Virus record (IMG/VR): IMGVR_UViG_3300032232_000510
Span: 1-60,562 of that record
Source of the DNA: a virus
Taxonomy: Duplodnaviria > Caudoviricetes
Length of the DNA: 60,562 bases
Reading direction: 5' to 3' (one strand)
Notes under the pieces: model-generated
Told to the model about the DNA's origin: nothing
Database searches by the model: none
Seen by the model: only the letters and a program-made list of their open reading frames with translations
Translations under genes and position numbers: made by a program
In this document: positions 28,060-36,929 of the stretch, in pieces
How the letters are laid out: each line of letters starts with the position of its first letter
Position numbering within the stretch: the stretch's first letter is position 1

Positions 28060-28398
28060 TTAAGCGCTGAGAACAGCACCCCAGTTTTCACTGCCTAAGC
28101 TAATGTAAGCCCCAGACATGTTAGCCGCCAAGGCTTTAGCAGCATTAGCAGAACCGTTGTTGATTTTGCCGCCAGTTGCTGGGTACACGTTTAGTGCAAC
28201 ACCAGAACTGTTAACAACATAAACTACGTCACCAAGGCCATAACCTGCGGGCAACATAACGCCATCGCTAGCATTGCCAGTGGTGACGTAGTTGATAGCA
28301 GAGGTCAGGACGGTAGCACCAGCTTGAGTTTGAGTCGTGCCAGCAGTTGCAGCTTCATAGCCGCCAGTCGTACGACCAAATTGAGTTGAATAAGACAT
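28060..28398 (-). CDS. Putative capsid decoration/cement protein
   Basis: 112-aa beta-rich protein directly after the major capsid gene, strong GGAG RBS. Confidence 0.55.
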   Translation of the reverse strand: MSYSTQFGRTTGGYEAATAGTTQTQAGATVLTSAINYVTTGNASDGVMLPAGYGLGDVVYVVNSSGVALNVYPATGGKINNGSANAAKALAANMSGAYISLGSENWGAVLSA

Positions 28399-28420
28399 TT
28401 TAAATCTCCAAAATAAAAGT

Positions 28421-28446
28421 AAAAATGGGGGCCGAAGCCCCCGTTT
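28421..28446 (-). terminator. Rho-independent terminator after major capsid gene
   Basis: AAACGGGGGC-TTCG-GCCCCCATTTTT. Confidence 0.8.
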
Positions 28447-28448
28447 AA

Positions 28449-29447
28449 TTAGGCCGTACCGACTTGAGCCAAAACCAAGGCTTGAGGTTTAACAACCTTG
28501 CGACCATACACAGCCAAACCACGGACGATATCGCCAAAGTCAGTTTGATTGCGCAGAGGCTCGGTCTTGTTAACAGTCATCGCAAACGACACAGCCGATT
28601 TTGTACCGGCAATCATTGTGCGACGAGCTTTAGCGCTGGCAACAGAACCGCCAGTAGAAGTGTCGGTCAAACCGGCAACTAAGGCTTTACCGGCAGCACC
28701 ACGGGGCAGCAAGTTCGACACATAGACGGTGAAACGATCCAACATGCCGATCTTGCCAGTGCGGATAACACTAGATTGGTCGCCGGTGAAGTACGCTTGT
28801 GCGATGCTAGATTGCATCAACAACTGGCGGTCAAAGGGACTGATAATCAAGAAACGGCCATCTTCAGGAACATTCTGCTCGTCCAAAACTGTAGACATGC
28901 GAAGGATAGCCTTCAACACGTTTTCAGGAGTGGCTTGGTCGATTGGAGTTACGTCTGTACCCAAGTTATAGGCAGCAGAAATAGCACCAGCAGTAGCGCC
29001 GTAGTTAGCGGTAGTAGGGCCTTCAGTCACAAAGCTGTTGAAAAACACTTCGTTTTCAATCTGAATTTTCAACTGTTTGGCAGCGTCTTCTGTGAACATG
29101 TTCATCAGGTTCATGTCGGACTGATAAGACAACACATCATTGACTTGCACACCAAAGTACTTGCCCTTGTTCACTTGCATATCTTGGAAGATAGGAGTGG
29201 GGACTTCGTAGTTCAGGTTTTGACCTGCGGTGTAGTCAGAAATGGTAATGGTAGGAGCCAAACGAATACGGATCGTATCGCCTTGGTTCTTCAGTTCACC
29301 TTCATAGTCCGTGTTGCAAACTTCAGACAACATGGTATTTTGGTAAAACTTTGCCAGCAATTTGCCAGACCACAGGGTAGGGATAAACGCGCCGGAATAC
29401 GAAGTACTCGTATTAAACGGAGCTTGGACGGGATAAACAGCAGCCAT
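28449..29447 (-). CDS. Major capsid protein
   Basis: 332 aa after scaffold; FIPTLWS, YEGELKNQGDTIRI, LDEQNVPEDGRF, DIVRGLAVYGRKVV; AGGAGG RBS. Confidence 0.9.
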   Translation of the reverse strand: MAAVYPVQAPFNTSTSYSGAFIPTLWSGKLLAKFYQNTMLSEVCNTDYEGELKNQGDTIRIRLAPTITISDYTAGQNLNYEVPTPIFQDMQVNKGKYFGVQVNDVLSYQSDMNLMNMFTEDAAKQLKIQIENEVFFNSFVTEGPTTANYGATAGAISAAYNLGTDVTPIDQATPENVLKAILRMSTVLDEQNVPEDGRFLIISPFDRQLLMQSSIAQAYFTGDQSSVIRTGKIGMLDRFTVYVSNLLPRGAAGKALVAGLTDTSTGGSVASAKARRTMIAGTKSAVSFAMTVNKTEPLRNQTDFGDIVRGLAVYGRKVVKPQALVLAQVGTA

Positions 29448-29503
29448 GATGGCCTCCTAAATAAAAAATAAAAACAGGTTGGATGGTGCTGTCGGCTAGG
29501 TTA

Positions 29504-30439
29504 TTACGCTATTACACGCTTTTCCCTATACGCAGCATCAATTTCAGCTTCAAGTTTCTGTGCTTCGTCGAGTTTTCCTGAGCTTGCTAGTGTGGCCGAC
29601 TTAATGAACATCTTTTGGATTTGGGAATCCGTGTAAGTTGCTCCTTTTGGCGAACCAATACTAGCGCTAGAAGCGCTACGATTCGGCTGAATTTGACGTT
29701 CCAGTTCAGCGGCTTTGGTGTTAGTTTGCTCTACGGGTTTTGTTCCTCGGAACATACCTACATAGTGTGCAACCCCCTCTGCATCGCCTCGGTTGAACGC
29801 TTCCTGCGCAACAGTTTTTCGTGGGGCTCTGAGGAATGGATCAACTTCATCTAACCACTCGACCCACTTGGGATCGGTGTTAATGTTTTGAAAATCCGGC
29901 ACCAAACGATGTAGGCGCTGCTCAAAACTTGCTTCAGATACTTGGTTGCCAGTTGCAGTAAGCTGCTCACGCAACTTATCGTTTTCGGCCCTCATGGTAT
30001 CCAACTCATCACGAAACTCTGAAGCCACTTCGCGGGCAACTTTGCGTTGGACTTCAATTAAGTCCTCGCCAAATGCTTGAACATCAGCATCGGTAACCAA
30101 TTTTTCCTTGGTAGCGGGTTTAACTTCCTGTTTGGGAGCCGCCATTTCACGTTGGACTTGTTCCATGCGTGAAGACAATTCCTTTACTTGGGAATGCAAC
30201 CGAGGCACTTCAGCGTCATACATACCCTTAAGGGTTCGGTACTTCTGCTGCCATGTCTCTTCCGGTACTTCCGGTTCAACTGGTTTTTCTGGCTTAACTT
30301 CTGGCTGTTGCTCAACTTTTTCGGGCTCTGTTGGTTCCGGCGCAGGTTCCTGTGATTGTGGATTTTGCGCTTCGCTCAACTGCTTTTCAATCGCTTCCAG
30401 TTCTTTCAACTGTTCTTCAACTTGCCGTGGTAATGCCAT
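29504..30439 (-). CDS. Scaffolding protein
   Basis: Acidic, Pro/Glu-rich, coiled coil; immediately upstream of the major capsid gene. Confidence 0.75.
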   Translation of the reverse strand: MALPRQVEEQLKELEAIEKQLSEAQNPQSQEPAPEPTEPEKVEQQPEVKPEKPVEPEVPEETWQQKYRTLKGMYDAEVPRLHSQVKELSSRMEQVQREMAAPKQEVKPATKEKLVTDADVQAFGEDLIEVQRKVAREVASEFRDELDTMRAENDKLREQLTATGNQVSEASFEQRLHRLVPDFQNINTDPKWVEWLDEVDPFLRAPRKTVAQEAFNRGDAEGVAHYVGMFRGTKPVEQTNTKAAELERQIQPNRSASSASIGSPKGATYTDSQIQKMFIKSATLASSGKLDEAQKLEAEIDAAYREKRVIA

Positions 30440-30527
30440 TAATTACTCCTTAAGCTCCAACTCTGCTTTCGGCTCCTACTTCGGTCTGCCATCCACATAA
30501 TGGTTTGCTGGGATTACAAAATACGAG

Positions 30528-30770
30528 TCATTTGACTCGCTCTAAAATCTCTGACGATTTTTCAACCGCTTCGAGAAAATCTGCCAAGGCTTCTGCCCGA
30601 CCTTGTAAACGATACAGCTTTACTGATTCTTCCGCCAGCATCAAGGAATTTTTTGTTTCCTCAAGTTTGACTTGGAGTAACCGGACTAAAGCTTCGTTTT
30701 CTGGCAGCTTACAACGATTGAGCGCTTGTATCTGCTGCCGGTCTGGCTTTGGGCCAACGAAAATATTCAT
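30528..30770 (-). CDS. Small head-module protein
   Basis: 80-aa helical protein between portal and scaffold; LYRLQGRA. Confidence 0.65.
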   Translation of the reverse strand: MNIFVGPKPDRQQIQALNRCKLPENEALVRLLQVKLEETKNSLMLAEESVKLYRLQGRAEALADFLEAVEKSSEILERVK

Positions 30771-30778
30771 ACGCCGAG

Positions 30779-30807
30779 TTTATATCATATATAGTTTAAC
30801 GGGTCAA
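30779..30807 (-). promoter_or_regulatory. Sigma70-like promoter
   Basis: TTGACC-17nt-TATAAA with TG extension, 8 nt before the ATG at 30770. Confidence 0.55.
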
Positions 30808-30816
30808 GATGAGGTT

Positions 30817-32913
30817 TTAAACTCCGTTTGGCCTTGGGGAAATCATGTTTGATTCGCGCCCGCCAACTTGCGACCCATCGGGCAACATGTTTTTTGGCTG
30901 CATATCTGGTTGCTGCGGTGCAGCATTTGGAGCCCCCGGTGCGCCGGGAGCTTGACCCATTAGCATTTGAAGTTGCTGCTGCAACTGCTGAATAATTTGA
31001 GTTTGCTGTTCGGTTATAGAAATTTGTTTCCTATCCGGAACAATGCGATCCACATTGCCGCTCAAGTTTTTAGCAGAATCTCGCAGCAGTTCAGCTACGC
31101 CATTCATACCGACAACTTGCTGGGCCAGAGGGCTATTAAGCACCAACGTCAAAAACTCATTGCGGCGAATAGCTTCAGCTTCTTTGACAACCAAACTATT
31201 AGCACCAGTAGCAATAATGTTAACGTCTCCAACTAAATCGGGATCGTCGCTGTACCGCAAATTGTCTTGATACAAACGCTCAATTGCTGGAGTAATTACG
31301 TTCTGGTCAATGTTACTGATAACCTGCTTAATGCCTTTGCCAGCGTTACTGATAAGCATGGACAGGCCCGAAGATGTCCTGCCAGCGCCGGGACTGCTTT
31401 CGCCTGTCATGTACCGAGGGATCATTGTGTCTTCGTCTGCCCGAGCAGAAAACTTTTCAAAGACGGCCATCAACTCATTGGCGTTGCTATTCGGCTGAAA
31501 GAAAGTAATAGGCGTAGTGTTGTCGCCATAATCAGACGCTTGGAACTGCCAAATCTTCCACGGGTGCATATCCGTAATATCTTCGCCCGGGGGCAGTCGT
31601 GAAATGTTTACCCCAACTTGAGGGCCAGAACTAATACCCATGTTGTTTGCCAATGACCGAGCAGAGGCATTAACCATCAACTGCGAATCACGGCACAAGT
31701 CAGTTACGCCTTTACCGTCAACTGCACCGGGTACGTTTTCGTATGAAGTTAGATAGTATGGTTTGCGTCCCAAGGGGTCGTAGTTCAACACCGCACGAAT
31801 AACTACATTGGAGATAAGCCAAACTTCACACGGGTAGTTAAGGGCTGCGTCAGGAATTTCTTTCTCGGTCAGGCCCCACTCCAAAAGCAAACTGCCTTTT
31901 ACAGAATCCCACAATTGAATAGCATCAATCAAATCGCCGCTAATAATTGCTTCAGTAACGTACTTCCCTTCAGCTTGCGCTTTGGCTGCATCAGTCCACA
32001 GCCACTGCTTCATACCTTGGGTTTCAAAGTCATTTAAAATTGTACGGATGGCATCGTCGTTGTAGCCGGGTACGCCAATTAACGCTTGCAGTTCGTCAGC
32101 CGTCATGCGGTGACGTTCAATTACGTAGCCGTCATTTATTTCCCAAGCCCAAGGTGCCCAGTACAAGTAAAACGGATCAACCCGTTCCCACTCGTTGCGG
32201 ATTTCTTCCACGGGGACGAGCTTTCCATCTTGCCACTGTAGGCTCTTGCGGCGGCGTTTTACAGGGCCTTTAAGCACTGCGTAAGGGAATGTAACTATAT
32301 CGTCTAAAAACTCATCAAATGCTTTATGCCAGCCGCCTTCAGTCAGTTGATCTTCCATTTTGCGGCTCATGCGGTCAACGCGTTCACTTGCTTCTTCGCG
32401 GAGTTGACGTTCTGCTTCATCTTTCATTTGCATGGCATACTGACGAAGTTGTTCTTCATCCGGGGATTGCCCGCCCTGCTCAACATGCTGCATTAACTCT
32501 TGAGCAAGTTTTTGTTGCAAACTTGCCATAATTTCTGGTGGCATTGTTGGGTTTGGAGTTGCTTGGATATTCCAAGGTTTATCCGATCCTTTACCCAGCA
32601 AAGTGTCTCGTAACCAACTTGTAGCCGCACGGCACTTAACGGAAGTCAGATTAATAAAAATATCTGAGCCGCCTTGGTTAACAATTTCTTGAGCTTTTTC
32701 TGGGTCGTATTCACCGTTGCGTTGGCGAAGGCATTGCAACATGCGCTCTTCCAGTTTACGTTTTGCAATACGAGCGCTTTCCCATCGTTTGCGAACATGA
32801 GAAGCTAGCCCCTGAATAACCGGGGTATTCTGCGTTTCTTGGCTGCGACGGCGAGCCTCTGCTTCTAAGTCAGATGCCCGTGCAACCGGAATAAGGGCCA
32901 TGCCTGTAGCCAT
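30817..32913 (-). CDS. Portal protein
   Basis: 698 aa following TerL; ERVDPFYLYW, RTSSGLSMLI, Gln/Pro-rich C-terminus. Confidence 0.85.
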   Translation of the reverse strand: MATGMALIPVARASDLEAEARRRSQETQNTPVIQGLASHVRKRWESARIAKRKLEERMLQCLRQRNGEYDPEKAQEIVNQGGSDIFINLTSVKCRAATSWLRDTLLGKGSDKPWNIQATPNPTMPPEIMASLQQKLAQELMQHVEQGGQSPDEEQLRQYAMQMKDEAERQLREEASERVDRMSRKMEDQLTEGGWHKAFDEFLDDIVTFPYAVLKGPVKRRRKSLQWQDGKLVPVEEIRNEWERVDPFYLYWAPWAWEINDGYVIERHRMTADELQALIGVPGYNDDAIRTILNDFETQGMKQWLWTDAAKAQAEGKYVTEAIISGDLIDAIQLWDSVKGSLLLEWGLTEKEIPDAALNYPCEVWLISNVVIRAVLNYDPLGRKPYYLTSYENVPGAVDGKGVTDLCRDSQLMVNASARSLANNMGISSGPQVGVNISRLPPGEDITDMHPWKIWQFQASDYGDNTTPITFFQPNSNANELMAVFEKFSARADEDTMIPRYMTGESSPGAGRTSSGLSMLISNAGKGIKQVISNIDQNVITPAIERLYQDNLRYSDDPDLVGDVNIIATGANSLVVKEAEAIRRNEFLTLVLNSPLAQQVVGMNGVAELLRDSAKNLSGNVDRIVPDRKQISITEQQTQIIQQLQQQLQMLMGQAPGAPGAPNAAPQQPDMQPKNMLPDGSQVGGRESNMISPRPNGV

Positions 32914-32940
32914 ACGTATGTCCTAGAAATAATGTTGCTG

Positions 32941-32968
32941 ATTGTACCGAGCCGCGCCTAGGGGTCAA
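32941..32968 (-). promoter_or_regulatory. Sigma70-like promoter for portal operon
   Basis: TTGACC-16nt-TACAAT; the -35 overlaps the terL TGA. Confidence 0.55.
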
Positions 32969-34437
32969 GTGTACACATACTTTTGCTGTTTTAACTCTCG
33001 CCGCTTTACCCCAAATTCGGCTCCCCGGATGTTCATGTCCATCACGGAGTCTGCGTACTGGTTGGCATCGTGGACGTGGGAAAACTCGTTTTTGTCCGGA
33101 CGGTCTTCCATTTCCCCATTTTTCTTGATTTTATACCGATACCCGTATCGGAATCCCTTAATTAACTGGGTGCAAGAGGGGTCAACTAAGTATAACGCTT
33201 TACCTTCAATTTGCTGTGTAAGCAGTCGTTCGGTGGCCTGAATACGCAATTCCGGTTTATTTGTTGGGGGTTTTACGCATTTAAACCCGGCCTGCTTCAA
33301 AACATCAACCAAAGTCATTTCATTTTGCTGCTGCTTGGCAAACCCAGCCGGGTCTGGCGCACAAATAAAACTGCATCCCTGCAAGTTATTGGCAATAAAC
33401 GGGTTCAGTTTTGTACGTACAAACGTCTCAATACCCATATTTTCGGACACCAACTCCGCCAAAGTGACTACACGCCCCCGGGGGTCACGCTGTTTAAACA
33501 CCGCAGCAGGCGTTCGCCCAAAGTCGATTCCAATAATGATCGTATAGTCCGCACCCCGAACGGGCTTCAAACTATCCTTGGCTACATGGAACTCAGGGGT
33601 AAAAGTTTTTTCATACACCGGAGTTCCTGAAAGTGACCGACCATATTCGGATCGAAGGTATACCCGCAACCAGTCTTCCGTTTTTCCCGGAATCAAATTT
33701 GGATAATACTGTTTGGGCAAATTGTCGTAGTTGTCGCACTTTGGGTTAACACACCATTCGTTGCCGTCTTTGTCCAACAAGACTTCTTCGGGCGACTCAC
33801 CAAAAGTTTCTGTATATACAGTTGGCGTCATTATGGCCGTTGGCTGTTTGTACACGGCCCAGTTACTAGGCGGCGACTCCATCTTGTCATGCCACCACGT
33901 ATCCTCGTCCGGCATGTTGGTATCAAACAACGCACACGAAACCGTAGGCCCGCCGTCTTTCATGCTGGGGTAGCGGTTCAGACGACCAAGCAACCCGTCA
34001 ACTACGTCTTGGTGAAGCTCCCGGGCCTCGTTGCCCCATATAAATGTCGTCTCAAGGGACAACGCTTTACGCACGTCATCCGGAGTATCCAGTGCAATGA
34101 ACAACCACTCGGACTCCACTTGAGTTCCATCCGGCAGTTTTGCCATCAAGATAAAAGTTTTCTCCACAGCCTTCCATATACCTGCCTCGCCCGGTGGGAG
34201 CCAGTCAAATACTGTTTTGCGAGTTGTCAATGCCAACTGGTCAGCCGTGTTACGGACAATAACCGCTCTGGTTTTACGTATCCCTTTGGCGTTTGGAGCC
34301 TGTCCAGTTGCCAGCCGTACAAGTTCATGTACGCACGTTACCGACTTACCGCCCCCTACGGGCCCCGCCAGAACTCGGACGTACTTCTCGTCCAACATGT
34401 AGCCGCGCTGGGTTTCAGTCGGTTTGTATGTACTCAT
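32965..34437 (-). CDS. terL: Terminase large subunit
   Basis: Walker A GPVGGGKS, WGNEARE Walker B-like, IGIDFGRTPA, HVHDANQY nuclease motifs. Confidence 0.92.
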   Translation of the reverse strand: MSTYKPTETQRGYMLDEKYVRVLAGPVGGGKSVTCVHELVRLATGQAPNAKGIRKTRAVIVRNTADQLALTTRKTVFDWLPPGEAGIWKAVEKTFILMAKLPDGTQVESEWLFIALDTPDDVRKALSLETTFIWGNEARELHQDVVDGLLGRLNRYPSMKDGGPTVSCALFDTNMPDEDTWWHDKMESPPSNWAVYKQPTAIMTPTVYTETFGESPEEVLLDKDGNEWCVNPKCDNYDNLPKQYYPNLIPGKTEDWLRVYLRSEYGRSLSGTPVYEKTFTPEFHVAKDSLKPVRGADYTIIIGIDFGRTPAAVFKQRDPRGRVVTLAELVSENMGIETFVRTKLNPFIANNLQGCSFICAPDPAGFAKQQQNEMTLVDVLKQAGFKCVKPPTNKPELRIQATERLLTQQIEGKALYLVDPSCTQLIKGFRYGYRYKIKKNGEMEDRPDKNEFSHVHDANQYADSVMDMNIRGAEFGVKRRELKQQKYVYT

Positions 34438-34946
34438 TCTTTAATTTCTTTAGTGGGCACATCCAATGTAACAGGCACAAGCGTTTGCTGGTTGCCAATA
34501 CTTACACTTTTATCCCCAAGGTCAATGAAAACACTGAATGTCGGCCCAGTGGACTGAAACTTTTCCTCTTTCGGCTCAAGCCCCGACGCTTTAATCATGG
34601 TTTTGAGCACTTCGTGTTTCTGGTTCAGGCTCGTTTCCGAGCTTGCGGCCATTACGTACACCTGATCCAGCAATTCCGCAGCCATCCATGCCGACTTGGC
34701 TTTGAAAGTTACTCCGTTCTTGGCAAACTCAGAGCGTTTTACTTCTACTTGTAGCTGAAACCACGGCTGGGCCGACAGTTCGGCGTACTTTTCCATGCTA
34801 AGCCCGTGTCGGGACGCAATTATTAGCTCATCTTCGGCTCCCAGCGCCAAACTAGCCAGCATTTCATCACTGATTTGGGGGAATGACACGTTTTTCTGCC
34901 CTAGTTCTAGAGGTTCGTCACCAATATCCACGTCACTGAGGTTCAT
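34434..34946 (-). CDS. terS: Putative terminase small subunit
   Basis: 170-aa helical protein overlapping the terL start; assigned mainly by position. Confidence 0.6.
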   Translation of the reverse strand: MNLSDVDIGDEPLELGQKNVSFPQISDEMLASLALGAEDELIIASRHGLSMEKYAELSAQPWFQLQVEVKRSEFAKNGVTFKAKSAWMAAELLDQVYVMAASSETSLNQKHEVLKTMIKASGLEPKEEKFQSTGPTFSVFIDLGDKSVSIGNQQTLVPVTLDVPTKEIKE

Positions 34947-35118
34947 TTTTGGGTTCCGCAGGGGTAATTTCTGCTTTTTTTACAGCAGCAAGGTACTTTT
35001 CGCAGGCAATTCGCATCATGTCTGACGCAGAAATGTCTCTTTTTTCCGCCATTTTTTTGATTTCCTCAAGCAATTCAGCGGGCAAAAACATGTTCCAACG
35101 CTTCATTCCTGTAGCCAT
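34933..35118 (-). CDS. Ribbon-helix-helix (CopG/Arc-like) regulator
   Basis: MKRWNMFLPAELLEEIKKMAEKRDISASDMMRIACEKYL; AGGAG RBS before ATG 35118. Confidence 0.8.
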   Translation of the reverse strand: MATGMKRWNMFLPAELLEEIKKMAEKRDISASDMMRIACEKYLAAVKKAEITPAEPKNEPQ

Positions 35119-35269
35119 TTGCGCTCCTTTTGGGTTGTATGTATATGTATTGTACAACTTTTTTTATTTTTTTGGGGTGCGAAGTGTATGTATACCCTAT
35201 TTTTTTGTCGTGCTGTAAGAGTAAGGCCTAAGCACCCCGTGGCTGGGGGTGGCCGTTGGGGGGCCTGTG

Positions 35270-35625
35270 GGGGGTGGGCTAACACCTGCGCCAGTAGTGT
35301 AGGCGGCAAGCGTGGTTAACACCCCTGCCTATTGTGACAGGCATCGTACTGTCCGTTCCGTGAGCCTTGCGAGTAGTAGGTTCTGATGAATGCGCCATGC
35401 AGCCGAAAGGCCATGCGGTAGCCCATCGGGTTGACTGAAATCGTGTAGGTGGAAACTCGTATCATTAAAAATTCGATAGCGTTTTCCGTGTTTGGGTGAA
35501 GTAACACGGCGGTAATTCCGTATCCATGACCGCAAGCCCTTGGGGTAGGTCTAAACGTGCAGGGCAACGCACGGGATACGGCTTTAATGTGTATCTTGCA
35601 ATCCCGCAGGGTATACATATCAAGC
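35270..35625 (+). other. Hairpin-dense non-coding leader, possible structured RNA
   Basis: Seven stem-loops found by eye, some with G-U pairs on the + strand, and one GAAA tetraloop. Confidence 0.4.
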
Positions 35626-35645
35626 CTACTTTTTGGAGTATTACT

Positions 35646-36065
35646 ATGTCCGCAATTACCGTGTTTTCCAATGATTCCTCTATCGTGTCTTTCGAGGACA
35701 AAAAGGGTAACGCCCACAACATCAGCGCAGAGGGCGCATTGTTTAAGGGTGGCTTGGCCCTCAAAGCCCTCAAGGATGTGGCCGTAAAGTCGGCATACGA
35801 TAAGGCTATCAATGGGAAATTCCGTGCCGCAGCCGATATCATGGCCGCAGCATTCCCTTCGACGGGCAAAGCCTTTGAGAAAATCATGGGTAGCGCCCAT
35901 GCCAACAAGTCCGCTTTCCTGTCCTTCATTGCAGCTATCGAACGTGCAGAGGGCGGCAAAAACGGTTACAGCGCCAAGCAATTGGAAGCCCGTGGATTCT
36001 GCCAAGCCCTGCGCAACGTGGATTCTTTCAAGTCCACAGATAGCGCCTTCACCATCAACGCCTAA
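35646..36065 (+). CDS. First early gene, hypothetical
   Basis: ATG 35646 with GGAG RBS (MSAITVFSND...). Confidence 0.75.
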   Translation: MSAITVFSNDSSIVSFEDKKGNAHNISAEGALFKGGLALKALKDVAVKSAYDKAINGKFRAAADIMAAAFPSTGKAFEKIMGSAHANKSAFLSFIAAIERAEGGKNGYSAKQLEARGFCQALRNVDSFKSTDSAFTINA

Positions 36066-36081
36066 GTCTCGGTGACAGCCT

Positions 36082-36103
36082 GAAGCCCTGCGAGTCAGGG
36101 TTT
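36082..36103 (+). terminator. Possible terminator/hairpin
   Basis: AAGCCCTG-CGAGT-CAGGGTTTT. Confidence 0.45.
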
Positions 36104-36130
36104 TGGAGTGCAACCAACGGAGATACATAC

Positions 36131-36346
36131 ATGAAAGTGCGCCAAGTGCCCAAGGGTACATTGAAGATTCCGATGCCGCCGCTAGTCCAAGGGACTCAAG
36201 GCGCAAAGCTGCAAGGCGGCTTACCACCACAACCATATCGCAGTACATCGCCCAAATGGCTGGGCTGTCCGACCAAATTTGCACGGGAACCCTTTGCTTC
36301 CAAGCAAATCCGCCGCGAAGTCCTATGTGACCGCTACGCCCAATAA
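36131..36346 (+). CDS. Small basic hypothetical protein
   Basis: 71 aa, GGAG upstream. Confidence 0.5.
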   Translation: MKVRQVPKGTLKIPMPPLVQGTQGAKLQGGLPPQPYRSTSPKWLGCPTKFAREPFASKQIRREVLCDRYAQ

Positions 36347-36367
36347 CATACATATGTATGTACGATT

Positions 36368-36703
36368 CCTAATATCCAACACAAAAACTTGGATATTACG
36401 TCTGGATAGTAGGATTTCCCATATAAATCAAGGGCTTAACCCTTTGTAATATCCTAATATCCAAATATCCAAGAAAAATGGATACGTGTATAGGTTTTGA
36501 ATCCGCTTTATGGCAATGTACGTTTTGCGCGCAAAGTGCATCACGAATCCGAGTCTCACAAAAGGGCCCCTCCATTTCCCGACTTGGATATTACGTTTGG
36601 ATATTACGATACATACGTAATTTAGCCTTATAAATCAATAGCTTGCGCGTGTACATACACGAATTCCTAATATCCAAGCTTGGATATTACTTTGGATATT
36701 ACG
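36368..36703. repeat. Iteron-like TAATATCCAA/TTGGATATTA repeat array (candidate replication origin)
   Basis: Exact copies at 36370, 36455, 36668 (forward) and 36389, 36584, 36597, 36680, 36692 (reverse), plus partial copies; perfect palindrome 36668-36689. Confidence 0.75.
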
Positions 36704-36929
36704 ATTTCCACCGGCCTAACCGGCCAAGTCCCCGTCCCTCAACCAACCAAGGAGCATACATATGCTGGCCTATCTGCACATCCCAGACGACCTTGAAACC
36801 TACGCCCTCGATGACGAATACATATTTGAATTTGCTGTCGAGCCCATCGACGAGTCCTTTGAGCGCATCGAATACCGCTACTCAGATACATATACACACA
36901 TCCCTTAACAGCACTCACCACTCATACAT

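Noticed and set aside
35369-35460. Hammerhead ribozyme (GCGAGTA...CTGATGA...GAAACTCGT)
   Set aside because: Stem III can form, but only 7 nt separate GUA from CUGAUGA (no stem I) and stem II lacks a closing pair. Kept only as part of the structured-leader finding.
35509-35585. c-di-GMP-I riboswitch-like words (GACCGCAAGCC...GGTCTAA)
   Set aside because: No GGCAAA or GNRA-capped P2 and no clear P1; cannot be called without a covariance-model search.
35316-36353. 345-aa minus-strand ORF
   Set aside because: Antisense to two + strand genes with good RBSs; no recognisable motifs; likely a shadow ORF.
36368-36703. CRISPR array
   Set aside because: Repeats are 10 nt, in both orientations and irregularly spaced; no cas operon (the Cas4-like nuclease is an ordinary replication-module gene).
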